In this document: one piece after another, positions 7,473 to 16,975 of the stretch | How the letters are laid out: each line of letters starts with the position of its first letter | Numbering within the stretch: the stretch's first letter is position 1 | Assembly (NCBI GenBank): GCA_017465605.1 | Contig: JAFTVW010000005.1 | Coordinates: forward strand, 73,074 to 137,073 | Length of the DNA: 64,000 bases | Source: Alistipes sp. | Lineage (GTDB): Bacteria > Bacteroidota > Bacteroidia > Bacteroidales > Rikenellaceae | Direction: 5' to 3' | The notes under the pieces: model-generated | The model's input: only the letters and a program-made list of their open reading frames with translations | The model's database searches: none | What the model was told of the DNA's origin: nothing | Made by a program: the position numbers and the translations under genes

Positions 7473-9836
7473 ATGAAAATCAAGAATATTTTATTTTGTT
7501 TGTTGGCCATCGTATTGTGTAACAGTGCTTTCGGTCAGAATGTAACAGGTACAGTGCGTGATGCGGAATCGGGCGAAGTGCTCGTTGGAGCTGTTGTCTT
7601 TTGGGATAAGACTACGGTCGGTGCAACGTGTAATGTAGATGGCAAGTATAATGTATATCGAGTTAAGGGTTACGATATGCTTATTGCCACCTATGTCGGT
7701 TATGCCAGCGATACAATCAAGGTCGAAAATGGTGTAACGGAGGTCGATTTTAAGCTCAAAGCCGATGCGCGTATCGAAGAGGTTGTCGTAGATGGTAATC
7801 TTGGCAACTATATCAACCACGAGAGCGTTTTGAAGGGCGAGACTATCTCGTTTGCTGGATTGTGTAAGATGGCCTGCTGTAACTTGGCCGAGAGTTTTGA
7901 GAACTCGGCTTCGGTTACCGTTGGATATAGCGATGCAATTTCGGGCGCACGCCAAATCAAGATGTTGGGCCTGACTGGTACCTACACCCAAATCCTTGAT
8001 GAGAATCGCCCTATAATGCGTGGCTTGGGCGCACCTTATGGTCTGAATTACACTCCGGGTATGTGGCTTAATTCGATTCAGGTATCGAAGGGTGTAACCT
8101 CTGTAACGGCAGGTCACGAGGCCATAACAGGTCAGATTAATTTGGAGCATCGTAAGCCCACCGATGAGGAGCGAATGTTCCTTAACCTCTATTTCGATAG
8201 CGAGCTTAAACCTGAGTTCAATATCACTTCGGCAATTCCATTGACTAAGGATAAGCGTCTTTCGACTGTGATTTTGGCGCACGGCTCAATGGATACCCAG
8301 TCGCACGATATGAACCACGATGGATTCCGCGATTTGCCAGAGGCCAATCAAATCAATATTGCCAACAAATGGTTGTATCAAACTAACAATGGTACGCAGG
8401 TACGTTGGGGTTGGAAGTATGTTGACGAAAACCGTTTGGGTGGTCAGAAGGAGTATAAAAAATCTCGCTATGACGAGATGACCGAGAGTCTTTCAGTCTA
8501 TGGCTCGCATATGGACAATACGGGAGTCAATGCCTATTTCAAACTCGGTATGCCCGTCGGCGCGGCGGTCTATGATGCTGAGGCGGAGGAGGAACTTCGC
8601 TCGAATATCGCTTTTGTGGCCGATTATAACTACTTCAAGGAGGACGCATATTTCGGTTTGAATAACTACGACGCTCACGATGATGCGTGGTGGGCGAACT
8701 TTATGTATGCACACTATTTCAATACTCGCTCTTCGATGATTTTCGGTGCTTCTGTATCGATTACCAATAGTAGCGAAGATATTTTGAATCGCGCAGTGTT
8801 GAATAAGGGTAATGGTGCATTGGATATGTGGAGTAATGCAACACTCAACAAAATGCGTTATTTCGAGCCCGGAGTATATGCGGAATACACCTACGCATTA
8901 CCCGAAAAATTCTCTTTGGTTGTTGGCCTTAGAGGTGATTGGCTCGGTGCCGAGAATCGTGCTGCTGTGCCAACCGCAGAGTCGGAGGGTGCGGCATATT
9001 ATAAGCCAAAGGAGTACTTTGCTCTCACTCCTCGTTCTCACGTTAAGTGGAATATCACCCCTTCAACCGTTTTGCGTGCTTCGGCTGGTTTGGGATACCG
9101 CCGAGCAAGTATTTTCACCGATAATATCTGGATGTTGGCCACAGGTCGTACGATTTTGGTCGATGACTTGACCGATGATGTAGAGATGGCTCTTACGGCT
9201 GGTGGTAGCCTTACTCAGGATATTCCATTGGGAGGCTATTCCGATGCTACACTCAGCTTCGATTATTTCCGCACTCAACTCTATAATACTGTTCTTGCGG
9301 ATCAGGAATTGGTTGGTAACGATATCCGCATATATAACACCGATAATCGTTCATTCACCGATACATATCAGGTTGATTTCCAGTGGACTGCATTGCGCGG
9401 ATTCGATATCTTTGCCACGTTCCGCTACACAAATAGTCTTATTACGCTTATGCGTGATGGTGTGGGTTACGAAGTTGAGCGACCACTCACAAGCCGCTAT
9501 AAGACTTTGATTAACTTGCAGTATGCTACGCCATACCGTCGTTGGGTATTCGATGTTACAGCGCAGCTCAATGGCCCTGTGCGTCGTCCATCGTTGGACG
9601 GTGATTTGAGCCGCGAGGAGCTATCACCATCATACCCGATGTTCTATGCGCAGGTGAGCCGCAAGATTCGTAATTGGGAGGTGTATGTAGGTTGCGAGAA
9701 TATTGGCGATTATATGCAGGACGACCCCATTTTGAATGCGTCCGACCCATTTTCTCCTGCTTTCAACTCATCGAGCGTGTGGGGACCGTTGATGGGCCGT
9801 AAGTTCTATGTTGGACTTCGATTTAACCTCTACTAA
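7473..9836 (+). CDS. TonB-dependent outer-membrane receptor with an N-terminal carboxypeptidase-regulatory-like domain
   Basis: Signal peptide, a CarbopepD_reg-like segment (VTGTVRDAESGEVLVGAVV...), a plug region, a long beta-barrel, and an aromatic C-terminus. Confidence 0.85.
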   Translation: MKIKNILFCLLAIVLCNSAFGQNVTGTVRDAESGEVLVGAVVFWDKTTVGATCNVDGKYNVYRVKGYDMLIATYVGYASDTIKVENGVTEVDFKLKADARIEEVVVDGNLGNYINHESVLKGETISFAGLCKMACCNLAESFENSASVTVGYSDAISGARQIKMLGLTGTYTQILDENRPIMRGLGAPYGLNYTPGMWLNSIQVSKGVTSVTAGHEAITGQINLEHRKPTDEERMFLNLYFDSELKPEFNITSAIPLTKDKRLSTVILAHGSMDTQSHDMNHDGFRDLPEANQINIANKWLYQTNNGTQVRWGWKYVDENRLGGQKEYKKSRYDEMTESLSVYGSHMDNTGVNAYFKLGMPVGAAVYDAEAEEELRSNIAFVADYNYFKEDAYFGLNNYDAHDDAWWANFMYAHYFNTRSSMIFGASVSITNSSEDILNRAVLNKGNGALDMWSNATLNKMRYFEPGVYAEYTYALPEKFSLVVGLRGDWLGAENRAAVPTAESEGAAYYKPKEYFALTPRSHVKWNITPSTVLRASAGLGYRRASIFTDNIWMLATGRTILVDDLTDDVEMALTAGGSLTQDIPLGGYSDATLSFDYFRTQLYNTVLADQELVGNDIRIYNTDNRSFTDTYQVDFQWTALRGFDIFATFRYTNSLITLMRDGVGYEVERPLTSRYKTLINLQYATPYRRWVFDVTAQLNGPVRRPSLDGDLSREELSPSYPMFYAQVSRKIRNWEVYVGCENIGDYMQDDPILNASDPFSPAFNSSSVWGPLMGRKFYVGLRFNLY

Positions 9837-9918
9837 TATCCTTTGATTTTTTGTAAAAGACAAAAATGAATAGTTAAACAAATAGAAAATATTGATAATT
9901 AACCAAATGAATAATGTT

Positions 9919-10221
9919 ATGAAAAAGATTTTAATGTTGTGCCTTTTGGCCGTAATGAGTTTTGGTGTTGCTGATGCAGTAGCACAGAAGAAGAGCGATG
10001 CTGCTTTGAAAACCACCGTATTTATGACCGATGTTGATTGCGAGGGCTGCGCAAAGAAGATTACAAACTCGTTGCCTTATGCAAAGGGTGTGAAAGATGT
10101 TAAGGTTGATGTTAAGACCAAGAAGGTAACCGTTACCTACGATGCAACCAAGACAAGCGATTCAGCTTTGATTAAGGCTTTGGCAAAGGTGAAAATCAAG
10201 GCCGAGGTTAGCAAGAAATAA
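9919..10221 (+). CDS. Secreted heavy-metal-associated (HMA) domain protein
   Basis: Signal peptide MKKILMLCLLAVMSFGVADA, then an HMA fold with metal-binding CEGC (MTDVDCEGCAKKI). ATG 9907 is an alternative start. Confidence 0.8.
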   Translation: MKKILMLCLLAVMSFGVADAVAQKKSDAALKTTVFMTDVDCEGCAKKITNSLPYAKGVKDVKVDVKTKKVTVTYDATKTSDSALIKALAKVKIKAEVSKK

Positions 10222-10252
10222 TCTTCTCGCAATCGAAATTTATAACCATTAT

Positions 10253-10305
10253 AGGTGCTTAGAGCGATAGCGATAATCCACTCTGAGCACCTTCCTTAAT
10301 TTTTA
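10253..10305 (+). terminator. Possible terminator hairpin after the HMA gene
   Basis: 12-bp stem aggtgcttagag/ctctgagcacct (one G-U pair) and a 16-nt loop. The following T tract is weak. Confidence 0.35.
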
Positions 10306-10309
10306 TCTT

Positions 10310-11056
10310 ATGAAGAGAATTCTACACGTTATGCCACTCATTGTGGTGATGTTGTTGGTGGGTTGCTCGCAACCACGCCAAATGCGTATTATGAGCTATA
10401 ATATCCACATCTGCAAGGGTATGGATAAGGCTCTTGATATTGAGCGTACGGCCGAAGTAATCAAGCGTGTTAATCCCGATTTTGTCGGCTTACAGGAGGT
10501 TGATAGTGTAGCCAAGCGAAGCGATTTTGTTGACCAAGCCAAAGAGTTGGGCCGCCTAACAGGTATGCACTACTTCTTCGCACCTGCCAAAGAGCATAAA
10601 AACGGTGGCTTATACGGTGTGGCGGCATTGGTTAAGCAGAAGCCAAAGTCGTTTAGGTATATTCCGTTGCCCGGAGCCGAGGAGGTGCGTACATTCCTTA
10701 TTTTGGAGTACGATGATTATTTGTTGTGCAACACTCACTTCTCGCTTCGCTCACCCTCGCGTAAGGAGTCGATCGAGATAATCAAGAAAGCTATGGCCGA
10801 GTATGGTAAACCAGCTATTTTGACAGGTGATTTCAATATGTTGCCCACATCGGAGGAGACTCAGCAGATGCTCTCGGATTGGGAGGTGTTGTCCGATACC
10901 ACAAGGTTCACCTTCCCATCGAAGGGTCCACGCCGCACTATCGACTATATTTGGGGTTACGGCAAGGATAATAAATACGAAGTGTTGAATTATGAGGTGC
11001 TCAATGAGCCTATCACCTCTGACCATCAGCCTTTGTATGCCGATATTAAGTTCTAA
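10310..11056 (+). CDS. Endonuclease/exonuclease/phosphatase (EEP) family lipoprotein
   Basis: Lipobox LLVGC, then IMSYNIH, GLQEVD, GDFN and SDHQP motifs. It is a paralog of the CDSs at 30941 and 31805. Confidence 0.8.
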   Translation: MKRILHVMPLIVVMLLVGCSQPRQMRIMSYNIHICKGMDKALDIERTAEVIKRVNPDFVGLQEVDSVAKRSDFVDQAKELGRLTGMHYFFAPAKEHKNGGLYGVAALVKQKPKSFRYIPLPGAEEVRTFLILEYDDYLLCNTHFSLRSPSRKESIEIIKKAMAEYGKPAILTGDFNMLPTSEETQQMLSDWEVLSDTTRFTFPSKGPRRTIDYIWGYGKDNKYEVLNYEVLNEPITSDHQPLYADIKF

Positions 11057-11104
11057 TTTTGGAAGTATCCCAAAACGAGAATAGTTATTTATAATATGGT
11101 AGAT

Positions 11105-11140
11105 ATAGACCCTTGGAGACTATTTCCGAGGGTCTATTTT
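11105..11140. terminator. Terminator hairpin at the convergent junction of the EEP gene (+) and the anti-sigma-like gene (-)
   Basis: 12-bp stem atagacccttgg/ccgagggtctat followed by TTTT. It overlaps the 3' end of the minus-strand CDS. Confidence 0.5.
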
Positions 11141-11503
11141 ATCAAAGAATGCCAATATCTTTGGCGATGCGTATTTGTCGAATATGAAAAGTAGGGGAGC
11201 CGAGATAAATATCATAGTCCACAATTTCAACTGATATACATTTTCGGGTGTGAATATTTTGGTCCAACCCATACTGAGGTATATCCTGTAAGCCAAATAG
11301 ACCATCAAGCAGACAAAAACAATGAACGTTGTGGCTAAACCTACGCCTATCCACATCTCGCGGTTGTATTCCCGTTGGCGAATTTGCGCCATCAACCGAG
11401 CCTTGAAATCGGGCGAGAGGCTCTCTTTGTTCATACGACCAAGAGCCTGCTGTATCATTTTGTTTTGTTGGTTGTTTCGCTCCATATTATCCATAGTTTT
11501 CAC
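11120..11503 (-). CDS. Small single-pass membrane protein, putative anti-sigma factor partner of the upstream ECF sigma
   Basis: It lies immediately downstream of the ECF sigma gene and overlaps it by 17 nt. It has a cytoplasmic N-terminal region followed by TM helices. No family motif was recognised. Confidence 0.45.
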   Translation of the reverse strand: MKTMDNMERNNQQNKMIQQALGRMNKESLSPDFKARLMAQIRQREYNREMWIGVGLATTFIVFVCLMVYLAYRIYLSMGWTKIFTPENVYQLKLWTMIFISAPLLFIFDKYASPKILAFFDKIDPRK

Positions 11504-12041
11504 TTTTAATCATCTGGTATAGTTTTCGGCGTATTCGGTGCAACTTGACCTTTACGTTGCCTAAACTTTGGTCGGTAATCTCGGCGCACTTTTGCAGCGA
11601 TAAGTTATTGTAATATACCATCGTAATTAAAGCCCTCTCCTCGCTTGGCAGGGCCTCGATGGCTCGAATCAATCTCTCTATCTTGTCGTTGCTACTCTCG
11701 CTCTGCTCAAAGGCATCTAACTCCTCGTCGCTAATCTTTATCAAACGGCTCTCGTCTAATTCCAACTGAACAATTCTTCGGCTTCTGGTTTGAGATATGG
11801 CCTTATTGTAGGCTATGCGGTAGAGCCAAGTCGAGAAGGTGGATTGTTGCTTGAATTTGTGTAGGTTGGAGTATGCTTTCAGGAATACGTCCTGCGTCAG
11901 CTCCTCGGCCTCCTCACAGCTCCCCACTATGCGCGCAATGAGAGCAAATACCGCATTCTCGTGGAGCTGTACAAGCTCCGCATAGCGTTCGGTTGCCCCA
12001 TTTAGGATTTGGCGTATTAGTGAGTTTTCAATCAGTTCCAT
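11487..12041 (-). CDS. ECF-type RNA polymerase sigma-70 family factor
   Basis: Region 2 (ELTQDVFLKAY..FSTWLYRIAYN) and region 4 HTH (LSLQKCAEITDQSLGNVKVKLHRIRRKL). The start was set at ATG 12041 (MELIENS). Confidence 0.88.
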   Translation of the reverse strand: MELIENSLIRQILNGATERYAELVQLHENAVFALIARIVGSCEEAEELTQDVFLKAYSNLHKFKQQSTFSTWLYRIAYNKAISQTRSRRIVQLELDESRLIKISDEELDAFEQSESSNDKIERLIRAIEALPSEERALITMVYYNNLSLQKCAEITDQSLGNVKVKLHRIRRKLYQMIKSENYG

Positions 12042-12048
12042 CTTGTCA

Positions 12049-12078
12049 TTTAGACGCAAATTTACTGAAAAGGTTACA
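12049..12078 (-). promoter_or_regulatory. ECF-type promoter (TGTAACC-N16-CGTCTAAA) reading toward the sigma gene. It overlaps a housekeeping -7 box, TAAATTTG (12057-12064).
   Basis: The minus-strand sequence is tgtaaccttttcagtaaatttgcgtctaaa. The AAC/CGT blocks are 16 nt apart, and the element ends 7 nt before the ATG at 12041. Confidence 0.55.
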
Positions 12079-12145
12079 ACTTTTTTCAATTTTTTCTTTC
12101 CAATCCCATATAGATAGCTGTGCGAAAAATTTTTTCACTCAAATG

Positions 12146-12175
12146 TGTAACCTTTTATCGTGTTTTGCGTCTAAA
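12146..12175 (+). promoter_or_regulatory. Second copy of the same ECF-type promoter, reading toward the divergent membrane-protein gene
   Basis: The plus-strand sequence is tgtaaccttttatcgtgttttgcgtctaaa. It is identical to the 12049-12078 element in an 11-nt -35 block and a 12-nt -10 block. Confidence 0.55.
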
Positions 12176-12290
12176 CAAACGAGAAGCAATCGAGGTGGCT
12201 CTTGGCCTAACCTTTCGAGCAACCACTTTTGCCTCCTTGCTTTGTACAAAGATAAAAGAATATATTATAAACCTTTTAAAACTTTATATT

Positions 12291-13106
12291 ATGCATTTCA
12301 ATGACTCGATGATGTTGTTTATTTTAGTGCTATTGGGCTTTGCGACTGTCGTGCTATTAGCTTATAAAATCATTTTCTACCTATTGCAACGTCGTGAACG
12401 CCAGCAGGTAATGGAGAAGCTTAATGCCGAGCAGACGTTAGAGTATTTGGCGGTGGATAGTAACCGCGATAAGGATTCTAAAATCTCAATCCCGCCAGCG
12501 TGGGTTTTGCGTTTGGGCTTGGTCGGAGTATTGGTGGCAAGTGTCCTGATTTATGCTTACAGTCAGGCTCAGAATGGTAAGCCTATGGACGAGACGTTTG
12601 CTATTGTTTTGTCGATTGCTGCCGCTGCGGTGGGCTTTGTGGTGTCGTTCTTTGTTGAGTATTGGTTGGCTAATCGCCACAAGAGCGAGTTTAGCAATGC
12701 TGCTCCTATCAATAAATATACAATGCTACGTTGGGTATTGGCTGTTGTAGGTGTGGGCTTTGGTATAGCAGATAATGCTTATCAAAATAGATTTTTACCC
12801 GTTTTGGGAGGTATGGTGTTGTGGGGTGCAATAGGCTTGGCGATAGGTCTTTGGGTGGAGCATTATTTCACTAAGGGCAAGCCCGATAATCGTAACATAA
12901 ATATGACAAGCCTATTGGTTAAAGTGGCGTTTACTCTACTTGGAGTTGGTATAGGTATAATAGGTGGAGCGTTATTGTTGAGTACTCTTCTAGACGATTT
13001 CCACTATGGAGAGGATATTGCTTCTTGTGTAGTGCTTATCTTTGGAATTATAGGTTTCTTTGTTGGATTCTATGTTGACAAAAAGATGAATAAGAAAAAG
13101 GAGTAG
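12291..13106 (+). CDS. Multi-pass membrane protein of unknown function
   Basis: Start at ATG 12291 (MHFNDSMMLFILVLLGF...). It has at least 6 hydrophobic helices and a Lys-rich C-terminus. No family was recognised. Confidence 0.6.
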   Translation: MHFNDSMMLFILVLLGFATVVLLAYKIIFYLLQRRERQQVMEKLNAEQTLEYLAVDSNRDKDSKISIPPAWVLRLGLVGVLVASVLIYAYSQAQNGKPMDETFAIVLSIAAAAVGFVVSFFVEYWLANRHKSEFSNAAPINKYTMLRWVLAVVGVGFGIADNAYQNRFLPVLGGMVLWGAIGLAIGLWVEHYFTKGKPDNRNINMTSLLVKVAFTLLGVGIGIIGGALLLSTLLDDFHYGEDIASCVVLIFGIIGFFVGFYVDKKMNKKKE

Positions 13107-13132
13107 TTTACATTTTCAACTATTTATTAAAG

Positions 13133-13175
13133 CACGAAGTGCAGGACAAAATGCCTGCACTTCGTGTCATTTTTA
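13133..13175. terminator. Rho-independent terminator between convergent genes
   Basis: Perfect 13-bp stem cacgaagtgcagg/cctgcacttcgtg followed by a T-rich tract. Confidence 0.8.
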
Positions 13176-13176
13176 T

Positions 13177-13902
13177 TTACTCCATCGGAAATACCCTTAC
13201 ATCGGTCACTCCCTCCAATTCGCGGCAGAGACGCTCGATGTCGGTCTTTTCCTCCACCTCGCCATAATGGTAGGGGTAGAAGATGCGGGGTTTGATGGTC
13301 TTGACAACCTCGATGGCTTGGTCAACGGTCATTGTGTAGGGTTGATTTACGGGCAAAAATGCAATGTCGATATCTTGCAATGCGAGCATCTCAGGTGTAG
13401 GCTCGCCATCACCTGCGATGTAGATTCTAAGTCCCTGAATAAGCTCTACCACATAGCCGTTATCCTCTCTTGCTTTGGGGTGAAAATCGGTGTGACCCTC
13501 CGATGTGTTATATGCAGGAATAGCCTCGATTACAATATCTTTACCTACCTGAGCCTTCATTCCGGGTGTCATCACAACAGCCTCTCCATCAAACGCTTCG
13601 GCCGATGTCTTGTCGCAAATTATAGTGCTTTGGCGAGTTGTGATATCGTCAATCGCTGCGCGATCCAAATGGTCGTAGTGGTGGTGAGTTACAAGCACCA
13701 CATCGGCTTTGGGTAGCTGGCTATATTTAGCATACCCAGATACAGGGTCAACATAAAAACGCAATCCTGCGGCCTCGAATGCGAATGCTGCGTGTTTGAA
13801 GAAGGTGAACTTCACCTGCTCCTCGTCGCCATATGTGACGATGTCGGTGGGGTAGTCAATCTGACTTGTTTTACCCTTGCCAAATATTGAAAAAATCGAC
13901 AT
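13177..13902 (-). CDS. MBL-fold metallo-hydrolase
   Basis: HxHxDH motif (VTHHHYDHLD) plus downstream His/Asp ligands. Confidence 0.85.
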   Translation of the reverse strand: MSIFSIFGKGKTSQIDYPTDIVTYGDEEQVKFTFFKHAAFAFEAAGLRFYVDPVSGYAKYSQLPKADVVLVTHHHYDHLDRAAIDDITTRQSTIICDKTSAEAFDGEAVVMTPGMKAQVGKDIVIEAIPAYNTSEGHTDFHPKAREDNGYVVELIQGLRIYIAGDGEPTPEMLALQDIDIAFLPVNQPYTMTVDQAIEVVKTIKPRIFYPYHYGEVEEKTDIERLCRELEGVTDVRVFPME

Positions 13903-14026
13903 TTCGTTAGTGTTTTACGGTTTATAATAATCTTAAATCTTCCTTGTGTTTCCCTTGAAAATGTGCGTGTTGAGCCGTTTTCGCAAGTGCACCTTTTGTG
14001 CAGTTTACCCTCGCGGCTCCATTCTA

Positions 14027-14034
14027 CAAAGATA
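14027..14034 (-). promoter_or_regulatory. -7 box (TAnnTTTG) for the MBL hydrolase gene
   Basis: tatctttg on the minus strand, leaving an about 120-nt 5' UTR. Confidence 0.35.
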
Positions 14035-14138
14035 GTCAACAATTTGAGTTTTTCAAATCTTTGGCCACAGATATTACTATCGTTGAAAACATTTTGAAAA
14101 AATGGGTCAAAAATTTTGGGTCACTCGCTAAAAATGAG

Positions 14139-14146
14139 TAAATTTG
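14139..14146 (+). promoter_or_regulatory. -7 box for plsC
   Basis: taaatttg lies 33 nt upstream of the ATG at 14180. Confidence 0.45.
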
Positions 14147-14179
14147 CAGGATAGAATATTTTTAATTAAAATACGAGTT

Positions 14180-14926
14180 ATGTTAACTATTCTGTACTAT
14201 ATTTTTACACTTCTTCAAGTGACGTTTTGGTTTATCGTGTCGATTATCGTATTGGCCGTAACCTATCCTTTCGATAAGAGCCGCCGCTGGGTGCATTGGT
14301 GTTCGGAGCAGATTTGTAAGTTGCTCTTTAATACTCCGTTTGGCTTGAAGCGTACAATCGAAGGCGTAGAGAACATCGAGAAGGGCAAATCTTATGTGAT
14401 GGTTTTGAACCACAATTCAGGTGTAGATATTTTTGCTGCCTATAAAATTCCACTCAATTTCCGTTGGGTGTCGAAGCGTGAGGTATTCCGAGTTCCTTTT
14501 ATGGGCCCATTGCTCACAATTCACGGCGATATCCCCATCGAGCGTGGCAATCCAACCGAGGCTATGGCGAAGGTGCTGAATTTGGGTAAGCTTTGGCTTG
14601 GCCGAGGTGCGAGCGTGGCAATCTTCCCCGAGGGTACACGCTCAAAGACAGGCGAGATTAATCGTTTCAAGATGGGCGCATTCAATTTGGCCAAAGAGGC
14701 AAATGCCGAGATTCTCCCTGTCGTGATGACCGGTACAAACAAAGTCTTCCGCAAAGGTTGGTTGGTGAATTGGAAAAATCAGGTTGCAATCCGCGTGTTG
14801 AAGCCAATCCCTGCTGATGAGGTTGCAGCAACCGATGTTAAGGAGATGGCTCAGAAGGTGCGTGAGCAGATGGTCGAGGAGTTGGCCGATTTGCGAACAA
14901 AGGTAGCTGCCCGAAGAAAGAAGTAG
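14180..14926 (+). CDS. plsC: 1-acyl-sn-glycerol-3-phosphate acyltransferase
   Basis: HX4D motif (NHNSGVD), FPEGTRS motif, and an N-terminal TM helix. The start was set at ATG 14180. Confidence 0.85.
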   Translation: MLTILYYIFTLLQVTFWFIVSIIVLAVTYPFDKSRRWVHWCSEQICKLLFNTPFGLKRTIEGVENIEKGKSYVMVLNHNSGVDIFAAYKIPLNFRWVSKREVFRVPFMGPLLTIHGDIPIERGNPTEAMAKVLNLGKLWLGRGASVAIFPEGTRSKTGEINRFKMGAFNLAKEANAEILPVVMTGTNKVFRKGWLVNWKNQVAIRVLKPIPADEVAATDVKEMAQKVREQMVEELADLRTKVAARRKK

Positions 14927-15002
14927 CGAGAAAAACATTCGCCTCAATGAGGGCAACATCTCAAAAAAAAGTGGTGTGTCAAAATTTGACATTCTGCGTT
15001 GA

Positions 15003-15010
15003 TAATTTTG
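15003..15010 (+). promoter_or_regulatory. -7 box for parE-parC
   Basis: taattttg lies 21 nt upstream of the ATG at 15032. Confidence 0.45.
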
Positions 15011-15031
15011 TGACAAAGTTTCAGACAAGCA

Positions 15032-16918
15032 ATGAGCTTTATGGCAAATAATATAAAAAACAACAATTCAGCCCCTGTGGCATACGATGACGATTCGATT
15101 AAAACCCTTTCGCCGCGAGAGCATTTGCGATTGCGCCCAGGTATGTACATCGGTAAGTTGGGCGATGGCTCGCAGGCCGACGATGGTATCTATGTGCTTA
15201 TCAAGGAGACGGTGGATAACTCGATTGATGAGTTTATTATGGGCGCGGGTGACCGTATCGAGATTACAATCGAGGATAATGTAGTTACCGTGCGTGACTA
15301 TGGTCGCGGTATTCCGTTGAAGTCGTTGTCGGCTGCCGTAAGTCAGATGAATACGGGAGGAAAGTACGATGGCGAGGCATTTAAGAAGACCGTTGGACTG
15401 AACGGAGTGGGCGTTAAGGCTGTAAATATGCTTTCGAGCGAATTCACAGCCCGCTCGGTGCGTGATGGCGAGGCGCATACTGTAAGTTTTGCTCAGGGCT
15501 TGGAGTTGTCGGATAGATGGGAGAGCGAAGTGGAGGAGCGCAACGGTACAATGATTCAGTTCCGTGTCGATGAAACCATCTTTGGCGAGTATAGCTACAA
15601 TATGGATTATGTCGAGCAGATGGTGCGTAACTATACCTACCTGAATCTCGGCTTGAAGATAATCCTCAATGGCAAGGAGTATGTCTCAAAGAATGGATTG
15701 CTCGATTTGGTAAACGATAACCTCTCGGAAGAACCTCTTTATCCGCCTATCTATTTGTCGGGCGACGATATTGATGTGGTTATCACTCACGGTACGGGAT
15801 ATGGCGAGAGCTATTACTCGTTTGTCAATGGCCAATATACTCCGCAGGGAGGAACACATCAGGCGGCTTTCCGTGCATCGGTGGCGAAGGTTGTTAAAGA
15901 GTTTTTCAAGAAGGATTACGACCCATCTGATGTCCGTACTTCTATCATCGCTGCCGTTTCGGTGCGAATGAACGATCCGGTTTTTGAGTCACAGACCAAA
16001 ATTAAGCTCGGCTCAAAGGAGATTGCTCCGGGCGTCTCGATGCAACAGTTTGTGGGTGATTTCTTGGCGGTGAATCTCGATAATTATCTTCATAAGCATC
16101 TCGAAACAGCACAGGTGATGCAGAAGAAGATTGCCGAGAACGAGAAGGCCCGCAAAGCTATTTCGGGTATCCAGAAAAAGGCCCGCGAGACCGCAAAGAA
16201 AGTTGCTGTGAATAACCGTAAGTTGCGTGATTGCAAAGTCCACCTTACCGATAGCAAGAACGACCTTGCCGAGAAGACAATGATTTTCATTACGGAGGGT
16301 TTGTCGGCAATGGGCCCGATTACTATGAGCCGCGATGCGATGACTCAGGCTGTGTTCTGCCTTAGAGGTAAGCCGCTCAACTGCTATGGCCTTACCAAAA
16401 AGGTGGTTTACGAGAACGAGGAGTTCAATTTGTTGCAGTCGGCTCTCAATATCGAAGATGGTTTGGAGAATCTGCGCTTCAATAAGGTGATTATTGCAAC
16501 CGATGCCGATGTCGATGGTATGCACATTCGCCTGCTTATGACCAGCTTCTTTGTGCAGTTCTTCCCAGAGCTGATTCGCGCGGGTCACCTCTACATCTTG
16601 CAGACTCCGTTGTTCCGTGTAAGAAACAAGAAAGAGAATTACTATTGCTATTCGGAGGAGGAGCGACAGCGAGCAGTGAAGAAGTGTGGCGCATCGGCTG
16701 AGATTACACGATTCAAAGGTCTTGGAGAGATTTCCCCCGATGAGTTTAAGGAGCTTATTGGCGAGAATATGCGTCTTGATAAGGTGCGTCTTACCAAAGA
16801 TGACCCGATTAGCGATATGTTGGAGTTCTATATGGGTAAAAACACTTTCGAGCGTCAGGGATTCATCATTGACAACCTGCGCATCGAGGAGGATCTTGTT
16901 GACGAGGCAATCGCATAG
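15032..16918 (+). CDS. parE: DNA topoisomerase IV subunit B (type IIA topoisomerase ATPase/TOPRIM subunit)
   Basis: GHKL ATPase motifs, TOPRIM motifs ([13 protein letters not shown]), and the PLRGK-like LRGKPLN. It lies directly upstream of a ParC-type A subunit that lacks a GyrA box. Confidence 0.85.
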   Translation: MSFMANNIKNNNSAPVAYDDDSIKTLSPREHLRLRPGMYIGKLGDGSQADDGIYVLIKETVDNSIDEFIMGAGDRIEITIEDNVVTVRDYGRGIPLKSLSAAVSQMNTGGKYDGEAFKKTVGLNGVGVKAVNMLSSEFTARSVRDGEAHTVSFAQGLELSDRWESEVEERNGTMIQFRVDETIFGEYSYNMDYVEQMVRNYTYLNLGLKIILNGKEYVSKNGLLDLVNDNLSEEPLYPPIYLSGDDIDVVITHGTGYGESYYSFVNGQYTPQGGTHQAAFRASVAKVVKEFFKKDYDPSDVRTSIIAAVSVRMNDPVFESQTKIKLGSKEIAPGVSMQQFVGDFLAVNLDNYLHKHLETAQVMQKKIAENEKARKAISGIQKKARETAKKVAVNNRKLRDCKVHLTDSKNDLAEKTMIFITEGLSAMGPITMSRDAMTQAVFCLRGKPLNCYGLTKKVVYENEEFNLLQSALNIEDGLENLRFNKVIIATDADVDGMHIRLLMTSFFVQFFPELIRAGHLYILQTPLFRVRNKKENYYCYSEEERQRAVKKCGASAEITRFKGLGEISPDEFKELIGENMRLDKVRLTKDDPISDMLEFYMGKNTFERQGFIIDNLRIEEDLVDEAIA

Positions 16919-16975
16919 TGCAGATTATACTGCAAATTTACTAACCTAAGTAATAAAGTGAAAAATCTACCATAG

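Noticed and set aside
12049-12175. Inverted repeat interpreted as a Bacteroidales invertible promoter (inverton) or a long RNA hairpin
   Set aside because: The segment between the arms is only 67 bp and contains no TAnnTTTG box, and no site-specific recombinase is nearby. The arms are conserved in exactly the two blocks expected for -35/-10 ECF elements, while the spacer core differs. That favours duplicated divergent promoters.
13812-14042. 76-aa minus-strand ORF upstream of the MBL hydrolase gene
   Set aside because: It overlaps the first 30 codons of the MBL gene in another frame and otherwise covers its predicted 5' UTR, with no supporting features. The about 120-nt UTR contains a gagccg/cggctc stem, but I could not relate it to any riboswitch class.
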